The notes below the pieces were generated by a model. The model was not told the DNA's origin and made no database searches. It worked only from the letters and a program-made list of their open reading frames with translations. Both the position numbers and the translations under genes were made by a program. A stretch of 64,000 nucleotides of DNA, taken from positions 19,918 through 83,917 of the forward strand of contig CAVYYM010000020.1 of NCBI GenBank assembly GCA_963772715.1, written 5' to 3'. Source of the DNA: an uncultured Bacteroidota bacterium. Its GTDB lineage: Bacteria; Bacteroidota; Bacteroidia; Bacteroidales; VadinHA17. This document shows positions 56,382 through 64,000 of the stretch, one piece after another (position 1 is the stretch's first letter; the number at the start of each line of letters is the position of its first letter).

Positions 56382-58835
56382 ATGAAGATCTCTTACAACT
56401 GGTTAAAGGATTACCTGGATATTGATATCGATCCCCATAAGCTGTCTGTCATACTGACTGGAATAGGCCTGGAAGTGGAGGCAATGGAGGAATGGGAATC
56501 GGTAAAGGGTGGCTTGAAGGGTGTTATCATTGGTGAAGTTCTTACATGTAAAAAACATCCTGATGCCGACAAATTATCTGTCACAACCGTTAATATCGGC
56601 GGTCCGGAACCGTTGCACATCGTATGCGGGGCTCCCAACGTTGCCGCAGGTCAGAAGGTGCCGGTAGCAACCGTCGGGACAGTGGTTTTTAAAGGTGACG
56701 AAAGCCTTGAAATCAAAAAATCGAAGATAAGGGGTGAACTCTCGGAAGGGATGATCTGTGCCGAGGATGAGCTAGGACTGGGAACTCTTCACGAGGGTAT
56801 CATGGTTCTTGACAAGGATGCTGTGCCAGGTACACCGGCATCAGAGTACTTCAGAATTACCAGGGATACCATATTCGAGATCGGCCTCACGCCCAACAGG
56901 ATCGACAGCGGTTCTCAATATGGCGTTGCCCGTGATCTTGCTGCTTACCTTAATATTAATGAAGGTATTGCAAAGAAAGCTGTTAAACCCCCGGTGGAAG
57001 AATTCAAGCCTGACAATAACAACAACCCATATGAAGTAATAATTGAAAACAAGGTTGATTGCCCAAGGTATACGGGCATAACAATCAGCGGCGTAAAGGT
57101 AGGAGAATCACCCGAATGGCTTAGAAATAAGTTGAAAGCGATAGGCCTCAACCCGATAAACAATATCGTCGACATAACGAATTTTGTCCAGCATGAAATA
57201 GGACAGCCTCTTCATGCTTTCGATGCAGACATGATAGAAGGCAAGAAGGTCATTATCAGGAATCTTCCTGATAATTCGAAGTTCGTCACTCTTGACGGAA
57301 CAGAGCGAAGCCTATCCTCAAGAGACCTGATGATTTGCAATACAAGGGAGGGTATGTGCATAGCAGGTGTATTCGGAGGGATAAAGTCAGGTGTTACCGA
57401 GTCGACGAAGAACATATTCCTCGAAAGCGCATATTTCAATCCGGTCGCGATCAGAAAAACAGCCAGGCGCCATGGACTTAACACCGATGCGTCGTTCAGA
57501 TTTGAGAGGGGTGCTGATCCCGAGATTACAACATGGGCTCTCAAAAGGGCGATATTGCTAATCAAAGAGATTGCCGGAGGAAAGATTTCATCTGACATCG
57601 TCGATATATATCCTGAAAAGGTCAGCCGCAGACAGGTTAGGGTAACATATCCCAATATCGACAGGCTGATAGGCAAAAAGATTGATCCTCAGATAATTAA
57701 AAAGATACTGGGGCTGCTGGATATAGGAATTATAAGTGAAAATGATGACGAGCTGATGCTTGAGATCCCGGCCTACAGGGTCGATGTTCAGTGCGAGGCT
57801 GATGTAATTGAAGAGTTGCTGAGGATCTATGGCTACAATAATATTGAAATAGATAATCATGTAAATTCAACTCTCTATCACCCGGAAAAGCCGGATAAGG
57901 AAAAAATAGTGAACATCATTTCCGACATGCTTGCCGCCAATGGTTTTTCGGAGATAATGTGCAATTCACTGAATCCGGCATTATTCTATGAGAACGGCGA
58001 CTTTGACAGGGAACAGCTTGTGATGCTTGCAAATCCTCTCAGCTCAGACCTCAATGCCATGAGACAGTCGCTGCTGTTCGGAGGACTCAGCTCTGTGGCG
58101 TGGAATATAAACAGGCAGAACCCTGACCTCAGGCTTTATGAATTCGGCAATTGCTATTTCTGCAAAAAATCGGGGAAACCTGTTCCCTCTGTTAACGATT
58201 ACACGGAGAAAAAATCGCTTGACATTTTCATTTCAGGGAAAGCCGGACATCAGCGCTGGAACAACAAGCCAGAGGCCACCAGCTTCTTCAATATAAAATC
58301 CACAACGGAAATGATCCTCACCCGTCTTGGACTTGATCCTGAAAATCTTCCGAAAGGCGAGAGTGTCAGGAAATATTTTGCCGAATCAGTCACATGGTCT
58401 TTCAGGAACAAGCTTATTGCCGAAGCAGGCAGGATTTCCAAAGAGTACCTGGCAAAATTCGATATCCTGCAGAATGTCTGGTATGCACATCTCGAATGGG
58501 ATCTCCTCCTGACTGCAATCAGGGATCATAAAGTTTCATACAGCGAGCTTCCAAAATACCCGTGGGTAAGAAGGGACCTTGCCCTCCTCATAGATAAGAG
58601 CGTGAAATTCGAACAGATAAGGGATATTGCATTCAGGACCGAGAAGCATATTCTGAAGTCAGTCGACCTTTTCGATGTTTATGAAAGCGATTCTCTGGGA
58701 GATAACAAGAAGTCATATGCCGTCAGCTTTATTCTGAGAGACGACCTTAAAACTCTTACAGACAAGAATATAGAAAAAACAATGAACACTCTTGTCAACG
58801 CTTTCGGAAAGGAACTAAATGCCAAAATAAGGTGA
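56382..58835 (+). CDS. pheT: Phenylalanine--tRNA ligase beta subunit
   Basis: 817 aa, starting [34 protein letters not shown]..., with tRNA-binding, B3/4, B5 and FDX-ACB regions in the typical order. Confidence 0.95.
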   Translation: MKISYNWLKDYLDIDIDPHKLSVILTGIGLEVEAMEEWESVKGGLKGVIIGEVLTCKKHPDADKLSVTTVNIGGPEPLHIVCGAPNVAAGQKVPVATVGTVVFKGDESLEIKKSKIRGELSEGMICAEDELGLGTLHEGIMVLDKDAVPGTPASEYFRITRDTIFEIGLTPNRIDSGSQYGVARDLAAYLNINEGIAKKAVKPPVEEFKPDNNNNPYEVIIENKVDCPRYTGITISGVKVGESPEWLRNKLKAIGLNPINNIVDITNFVQHEIGQPLHAFDADMIEGKKVIIRNLPDNSKFVTLDGTERSLSSRDLMICNTREGMCIAGVFGGIKSGVTESTKNIFLESAYFNPVAIRKTARRHGLNTDASFRFERGADPEITTWALKRAILLIKEIAGGKISSDIVDIYPEKVSRRQVRVTYPNIDRLIGKKIDPQIIKKILGLLDIGIISENDDELMLEIPAYRVDVQCEADVIEELLRIYGYNNIEIDNHVNSTLYHPEKPDKEKIVNIISDMLAANGFSEIMCNSLNPALFYENGDFDREQLVMLANPLSSDLNAMRQSLLFGGLSSVAWNINRQNPDLRLYEFGNCYFCKKSGKPVPSVNDYTEKKSLDIFISGKAGHQRWNNKPEATSFFNIKSTTEMILTRLGLDPENLPKGESVRKYFAESVTWSFRNKLIAEAGRISKEYLAKFDILQNVWYAHLEWDLLLTAIRDHKVSYSELPKYPWVRRDLALLIDKSVKFEQIRDIAFRTEKHILKSVDLFDVYESDSLGDNKKSYAVSFILRDDLKTLTDKNIEKTMNTLVNAFGKELNAKIR

Positions 58836-59344
58836 TGAAGAAAAACAGGATTGAACTGTTGAAAGGGGATATTACCAGCCTTAATGTTGATGCTATTGTG
58901 AATGCCGCCAACAGCTCTCTCCGGGGAGGAGGAGGTGTAGATGGTGCGATACACAAAGCTGCAGGACCTGAGCTCCTTGCAGAATGCGAGCAGTTGAATG
59001 GTTGCAAAACTGGGGAAGCAAAAATTACAAAGGGTTACAGGCTTAATGCAAAGCATGTAATTCACACTGTAGGCCCGGTCTGGTACGGGGGTTATCATGA
59101 TGAACCCGAAATGCTGGCTTCCTGCTATCAATCGAGCCTGAAGCTTGCCAAAGGCAAAAGAATAAAAACAATTGCCTTCCCTGGCATCTCCACAGGTATT
59201 TACGGATTCCCGAAAGATCTTGCTGCAACCATAGCTGTCAATGAAATCAAGCGATTCCTGATCAGTAACCCCTGGCCTGAAAAAGTCATTTTAGTCGCAT
59301 TTGATAATGACAGTTACGAATCATACAGCAAGCTTCTTAAATGA
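58832..59344 (+). CDS. Macro-domain protein (O-acetyl-ADP-ribose deacetylase, YmdB-like)
   Basis: [34 protein letters not shown]...[14 protein letters not shown]. It overlaps pheT by 4 nt. Confidence 0.9.
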   Translation: MMKKNRIELLKGDITSLNVDAIVNAANSSLRGGGGVDGAIHKAAGPELLAECEQLNGCKTGEAKITKGYRLNAKHVIHTVGPVWYGGYHDEPEMLASCYQSSLKLAKGKRIKTIAFPGISTGIYGFPKDLAATIAVNEIKRFLISNPWPEKVILVAFDNDSYESYSKLLK

Positions 59345-60309
59345 AAAATTCTTTACTCAGAACAGTCAGAAACTATTTGTCGCTGGTGAAGTTCAGCCAT
59401 ACGGTCTTTGCAATGCCGTTTGCACTTATCGGGTTTTCACTGGCTGTCTGGGGGGATGAAAATATTTTCAGCCTGAAGCTTCTGCTCCTGATAATCCTGT
59501 GCATGATCTTTGCACGCAATGCGGCAATGGGATTCAACAGGGTCGCTGACAACAGGATCGATGCAATCAATCCGAGGACGAAAGACAGGGAACTGCCTTC
59601 AGGCAGAATCAGTAAAAAGGCAGCTATGGTTTTTGTAACTTTAAATGCCGTCCTGTTTATCGTTACAGCAGGTTTTATTAACAGGCTGACACTATACCTG
59701 GCTCCTGTCGCACTGCTTGTAATCCTTGGCTACAGCCTGACAAAACGGTTCACATACCTGTGCCACTTTATACTGGGACTCGGATTAAGCCTTGCCCCAA
59801 TCGGTGCATATATCTCTGTAACAGGATCATTTGCCATCCTTCCTGTAATCTATTCACTGATAGTCATCACATGGGTAAGCGGATTTGATATCATATATGC
59901 TTTGCAGGATGAAGAGTTTGACAGGTCGAACCGGCTTCATTCACTTCCCTCCGCTGCGGGAAAAAAGAAAGCACTCATCATATCGATAGTGGTTCATGCC
60001 GTCACTTTCCTTCTCGTGCTCATTGCGGGATATCTTGCGAAAGGAGGCATTTTGTTCTGGATTGGCGCATTTATTTTCACTTCACTGCTTATTTATCAGC
60101 ACTCCATCGTAAAACATGATGATCTCAGAAAGGTGACACTTGCTTTCGGAACCACGAACGGAATTGCCAGTATTTTGTTTGCAGTTTTTGTAATTCTGGA
60201 TCTGTGGATCAGGATCCGCGTGATGGCTAATTTTACACCATCATGTGTAATACATATTTTTATTTTTTGTTACTTGGCACAACATAAAGGATCCAAATGG
60301 AAGACATAA
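59341..60309 (+). CDS. UbiA-family aromatic prenyltransferase
   Basis: It carries the first Asp-rich motif region ([23 protein letters not shown]), a second motif (YALQDEEFD) and about 8 TM segments. The C-terminal ~30 aa look like a non-conserved tail. Confidence 0.8.
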   Translation: MKNSLLRTVRNYLSLVKFSHTVFAMPFALIGFSLAVWGDENIFSLKLLLLIILCMIFARNAAMGFNRVADNRIDAINPRTKDRELPSGRISKKAAMVFVTLNAVLFIVTAGFINRLTLYLAPVALLVILGYSLTKRFTYLCHFILGLGLSLAPIGAYISVTGSFAILPVIYSLIVITWVSGFDIIYALQDEEFDRSNRLHSLPSAAGKKKALIISIVVHAVTFLLVLIAGYLAKGGILFWIGAFIFTSLLIYQHSIVKHDDLRKVTLAFGTTNGIASILFAVFVILDLWIRIRVMANFTPSCVIHIFIFCYLAQHKGSKWKT

Positions 60310-61419
60310 TCGTGAAAGAGGTTGCCACAGCCGGAGAGCTGCGCGATTTCATTTACCTGCCTGAGAAAGTCCACAGGGATGAACCCAACTGGCTCCCGCC
60401 TCTTTATATGGATGAAAGACTCTTATTCAACAAGGAGAAGAATAAATCCTATAAATATGCCGACGCAATACTTCTTATTGCCTATCAGCGAAGCAAAACC
60501 CGTCGGAAGGATAATGGCACTTGTCAATAACAGGTACAACGAGATCCACAAGGAAAATCACGGACGTTTCTGTTTCATGGAATGCTATGACGATAAGGAG
60601 GTTTTCCATGCTCTCATTTCTGAGGCTGAAGAGTGGGCAAGGAAAAAAGGGATGTCAAGAATGATCGGACCCCTGGGATTTTCAGACAAGGACCCGCAGG
60701 GATTTCAGATTGAAGGATTTGAATACCCCATGATAATGACTTCAGCAAACAATTCATCTTATATGGTAAGCCTGATAGAATCGGAAGGCTACGGGAAAAA
60801 GGTCGATCTGGTAAATTATCTGGGCAAAATACCGGAAGACTTGCCAGAGATCTATAAAAAAGTTCTTGCCAGGGTTGAAAAGACTGAAAGCTACCAGATA
60901 AGGGAATTTGAAACCAAGGGAGAGCTTAAGAAAGTGATCGTTCCTGCCCTTGAGCTGATGAATGAGACTTTCATGGAAATTTACGGATTTGTCCCTCTCA
61001 CCGATAAGGAGAAAGTTGAATTTGTAAATCGTTATCTTCTGATACTTGACCCCAAATTCATCAAAGTTGTTGAAGTAAATGGTCAGCTGATAGGATTTGC
61101 AGTTGGAATACCTGATCCCAGCCCCGGAATACTGGCGTGCAAGGGCAGATTATGGCCTTTCGGCTTTCTTAAAGTACTAAATGAAATGAAACGAACCAGG
61201 AAACTGATGATGATGCTGGGTGGAGTAAAAAAGGAATACAGGGGCAAAGGGATAGATGTACTTATGGGAGTCAAGATACTTGAATCGGCGATAAAACAAA
61301 AAATGGAACTCATTGACAGCCACCTGGTGCTGGAAGACAATACTAAAATGCGCGCCGAATATGAGAGAATCGGCTGTAAAGTTGTCAAGAAATTCCGCAT
61401 CTACCAGAAGGACCTGTAA
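60297..61419 (+). CDS. GNAT-like N-acetyltransferase-fold protein, single frameshift near 60480-60530
   Basis: ORF 60297..60530 ([49 protein letters not shown]...) continues in ORF 60322..61419 from about ...AKPVGRIMALVNNRYNEIHKENHGRFCFMEC.... The family call is tentative. Confidence 0.55.
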
Positions 61420-61421
61420 AA

Positions 61422-63147
61422 TCAGAACCTGAAAATAAACGAGAATCCAAGCAGCTCCTTGAACTGAACCCTTGCCGTTTTCCTGGAATTGGGGTCGTCA
61501 GGATCTATGGGAGATTTTGTATCATCATCAAAGATCAGATGAGTGTTGAGCCTGACATCAGTAAACCAGTTGATGTTTGCAGTGACTATCATCTCCCAGT
61601 CTACATCAATATTCTGAGGATTATTAATATAATTGGTAAAAAGCTGCAACCTGTTGGTCATTGTGACAGTCCTGAAAGGCTTGTACTCGTTTGTTATCAT
61701 GAAGCTTGCTCCAGGTTCATTCTTTGCCTTCTTTCCGACAGGAATGCCATATTTGGTCTGATCGACAGCATTTACTCCTTTTGTTCCCGTCGTATCCGTT
61801 ACGAAAGTTCCCTTGTACGAGAATGGTGAAAAGTTAATTGAAGTTTTCTTACCCGGCTTATAATCAAGACCTAATCCTGCTGTCAGGATCCCGGGACTCA
61901 TGAACTTTGAAACAAGTGTTTTGGAACCGTCGGTGGCATAGTTGTATCCACTTGTGAGTTGTGTCTTGAACAACAAAATGGCACTGAAATCAAATTTGCC
62001 GAAGGCCTTGTGGTTCAGCTTGGAGTTCGTCTCCAGCAGGTCGAGATTCTTTCTGAAGCCATTTTTGTCAGTCCAGACAAGCCCGTATTTCAGTCGGCCA
62101 AAATTATTCGAGGTGATCTTGAGCGCCTTGTTATTATAATCGGCATATCCGGTAATATCGAGCGAGGATGAAACGCTGCTCTCTCCTCCCTTGACCCAGT
62201 TCGTCAGCGAAGCCTGGTTAAGTGCGAAGGAAGCTTCCGTCCGATATTTCCAGTACTGTATCCTTACTGGTATCTTCTTGACTTCCTGCAATTTGGATCT
62301 GTCAATCTGCTGAACATCGACCCTGGCATCCGTGTAATACCTGTTGTTTAGCCGGTCTTATAAAGCTGATGCCATTCTCAAGATATAAGGCAATCGTGTT
62401 TCTTGACTGACCTCCTATCCATACTGTTGCTGAATCATAAAGGTTGGTCTTGAGCCAGTGCCTTTGCATCATATCCGATTTTGAATTGAGCCATACAGGG
62501 GTTACGGTATTCCCTGCTCCGGTAAAGAGTATGAGGCTCGAGTCGCGTTCCTGAACGTAATCCTTGAGTAAGCTTACCGCTGCCTTGATGGAATCGGCCT
62601 GGTATGGATAATCGTAATATGTAAACGGGAAGCCTGGAAAATCCGAAGTAACCTCGTGAATAGTATCTATAACAACCAGGATAGTGGTATCTTTAAGACC
62701 AGATACTGGCAGACTATCCCTGGAAATGAGAGGCTTAGGATATGAAATTACAGGGATTTTGATCCGTAATGGTTCCCAGATATAGAATTTATCCCAGCTT
62801 ACAGCCAAAGAATCGAACGGATATTTGCTGAGATACACTTCAGCCGAATCGTAAGGCTTATGCGAAGCCTCAAAGACAAGCTGTCCGATAGCCACCCTGA
62901 GAGGGTCAGCTGGATCTTTCCAGTACTGAAGCCTTAATCGCTTCTGAAGAAACCTGATCGCCTGGGTTGTATTAAGATCGACTGAATCGGTCTCCTGCCG
63001 TTCTCTGAAGATATATCCGCTTTTAATCAGCGAGTCAATTATTGGTCCCGGTAAACCTTTCGCATTTTGAATATCCTGTGATGACAATGACATCCAGATG
63101 CCTGAAAATAAAAGAATTGCCAATGACCGGAAAGTTACTGTACGCAT
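61422..63147 (-). CDS. DUF3078-like outer-membrane beta-barrel protein with N-terminal extension, single frameshift near 62290-62345
   Basis: ORF 62302..63147 (signal peptide MRTVTFRSLAILLFSGIWMSLSSQ) ends ...GISFIRPAKQQ. Shifting one base reads YYTDARVDVQQIDRSKLQEVKKIPVRIQYWK, which runs into ORF 61422..62291 (...NWVKGGESS...FSFIFRF, an OMP-type C-terminal Phe). Confidence 0.6.
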
Positions 63148-63342
63148 TATTAATTGTTTTTCTTTAGAAATTGACAGGTTGAATATATCATAAAATACTA
63201 TTAATTTTACGTATTGTTAAAATCCAATCAGGATGTACTCCCTTTTTATAACGGAAAACTGGCCTGTCAATATATACAGGAATATCAAAAACAGGGATTC
63301 TTATTCCTCATAGTTTCCACGTCATTTTATTTATTCCACAAA

Positions 63343-63413
63343 ATTGCGATTGCGATTGCGGATTGCGAATTTCGGAATCCGAAATCCGAAATCAAAAATC
63401 CGAAATCAAAAAT
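63343..63413. repeat. Tandem arrays ATTGCG x4 followed by AATCCGA/AATCAAA x5 directly upstream of the lyase gene
   Basis: Read directly: attgcgattgcgattgcggattgcgaatttcggaatccgaaatccgaaatcaaaaatccgaaatcaaaaatt. Confidence 0.8.
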
Positions 63414-63420
63414 TATAACT

Positions 63421-64000
63421 ATGGAACTCCCATTCATCGAACCGTACAAAATAAAAATGGTCGAACCTGTATATACAAGCACAAGGGACCAGAGAGAAAA
63501 GTGGATCAGGGAATCTCATTTTAACTTGTTCAATCTGAGGTCGGAACAGGTTACAATTGATCTCCTCACCGATTCAGGTACAGGTGCAATGAGCGACAGG
63601 CAATGGTCGGCTCTGATGCTCGGAGATGAAAGCTATGCCGGTGCCTCATCTTATTACAATCTCAAAAAAGCAATAGCCGAAATAACAGGATTCAGGTATT
63701 TCCTTCCCACGCATCAGGGAAGGGCGGCCGAAAATGTTCTTTTTTCTGTGCTCGTGAAGGAAGGCGATCTTGTTCCGGGAAACTCTCACTTTGACACCAC
63801 CAAGGGTCATATCGAGTTCAGAAAAGCAATCCCCGTTGATTGCACTGTAGATATAGCTTCAGACTTCACAAAGATGGATCCCTTCAAAGGCAATGTAGAC
63901 CTTGTCAAACTTGAAGATGTGCTTAAGAAGAACCCGCGTGAAAAGATCTCCTGCATCATTGTCACGATAACCAACAACACAGCCGGGGGACAGCCTGTAA
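63421..64000 (+). CDS. Beta-eliminating lyase (tryptophanase / tyrosine phenol-lyase family), N-terminal part; runs off window end
   Basis: Hand translation gives MELPFIEPYKIKMVEPVYTSTRDQREKWIRESHFNLFNLRSEQVTIDLLTDSGTGAMSDRQWSALMLGDESYAGASSYY...PTHQGRAAEN...TNNTAGGQPV. It is collinear with TnaA/TPL as I remember them. Confidence 0.85.
   Translation, partial: MELPFIEPYKIKMVEPVYTSTRDQREKWIRESHFNLFNLRSEQVTIDLLTDSGTGAMSDRQWSALMLGDESYAGASSYYNLKKAIAEITGFRYFLPTHQGRAAENVLFSVLVKEGDLVPGNSHFDTTKGHIEFRKAIPVDCTVDIASDFTKMDPFKGNVDLVKLEDVLKKNPREKISCIIVTITNNTAGGQPV

Noticed and set aside
60240-60309. C-terminal tail of the UbiA-family ORF (…[28 protein letters not shown]) overlapping the next gene start, as a possible fusion or frameshift.
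   Set aside because: I cannot tell from sequence alone whether the tail is native or caused by a lost stop. No alternative frame shows a better continuation.
1-64000. Prophage, integrative element, IS, toxin-antitoxin, restriction-modification or known defence-system genes; tRNA, rRNA or riboswitch candidates.
   Set aside because: I recognised no integrase, transposase, recombinase, terminase, capsid, methyltransferase or characteristic small paired ORFs, and no cloverleaf-like or rRNA-like sequence in the spacers. Absence by eye is weak evidence. A tRNAscan/Infernal/PADLOC-type scan should confirm it.

Overview
This is a chromosomal segment with Bacteroidota hallmarks: a T9SS C-terminal sorting-domain cargo, gldF-gldG, surE-lpxB and TAnnTTTG-type promoter boxes. 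I recognised no rRNA, tRNA, CRISPR, integrase, transposase or phage genes. There are about 50 protein genes.

The left third (1.3-19.3 kb) looks accessory and holds the two most interesting loci.
1. A minus-strand chaperone-usher-like fibre locus. It has three DUF4402-type subunits, a PapD-like chaperone, a 1208-aa usher-like protein ending in three SPOR domains, and an embedded, disrupted ~1700-aa T9SS adhesin.
2. Diverging from it, a five-gene cluster in which every product carries a signal peptide. It combines caspase (peptidase C14), FGE-sulfatase, LPP20-like and DUF4384-like modules, and includes a pseudo-caspase + caspase tandem protein. This is my best candidate for an undescribed system.

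The middle (19-46 kb) contains:
- Tat-signal Gfo/Idh/MocA oxidoreductases;
- a nagB-MFS-GH2 sugar cluster and an M16 peptidase, both heavily disrupted;
- a PQQ-like propeller protein, an M1 peptidase and an intact GH2;
- an orphan HlyD adaptor;
- a two-subunit molybdo-enzyme operon with xdhC, a mocA-like gene and an unannotated tatA.

The right third (46-64 kb) is housekeeping: FAH hydrolase, a DnaQ-like exonuclease, dnaN, DUF4340-gldG-gldF, a SpoIID-like protein, lpxB, surE, pheT, a macro-domain protein, a UbiA-family protein, a GNAT-like protein, DUF3078 and a tryptophanase-family lyase.

Two features run across the whole window.
- Intergenic spacers carry short tandem k-mer arrays and a GC-rich REP-like hairpin element. 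Two inverted copies of that element flank a DUF559 endonuclease gene, and a cargo-less inverted pair lies elsewhere.
- There are many 1-nt frame disruptions, strongly clustered at 21-30 kb, and one hits essential dnaN. Much of this is probably assembly indel noise, so pseudogene calls are provisional.

All domain names come from motif recognition by eye. No searches were run.
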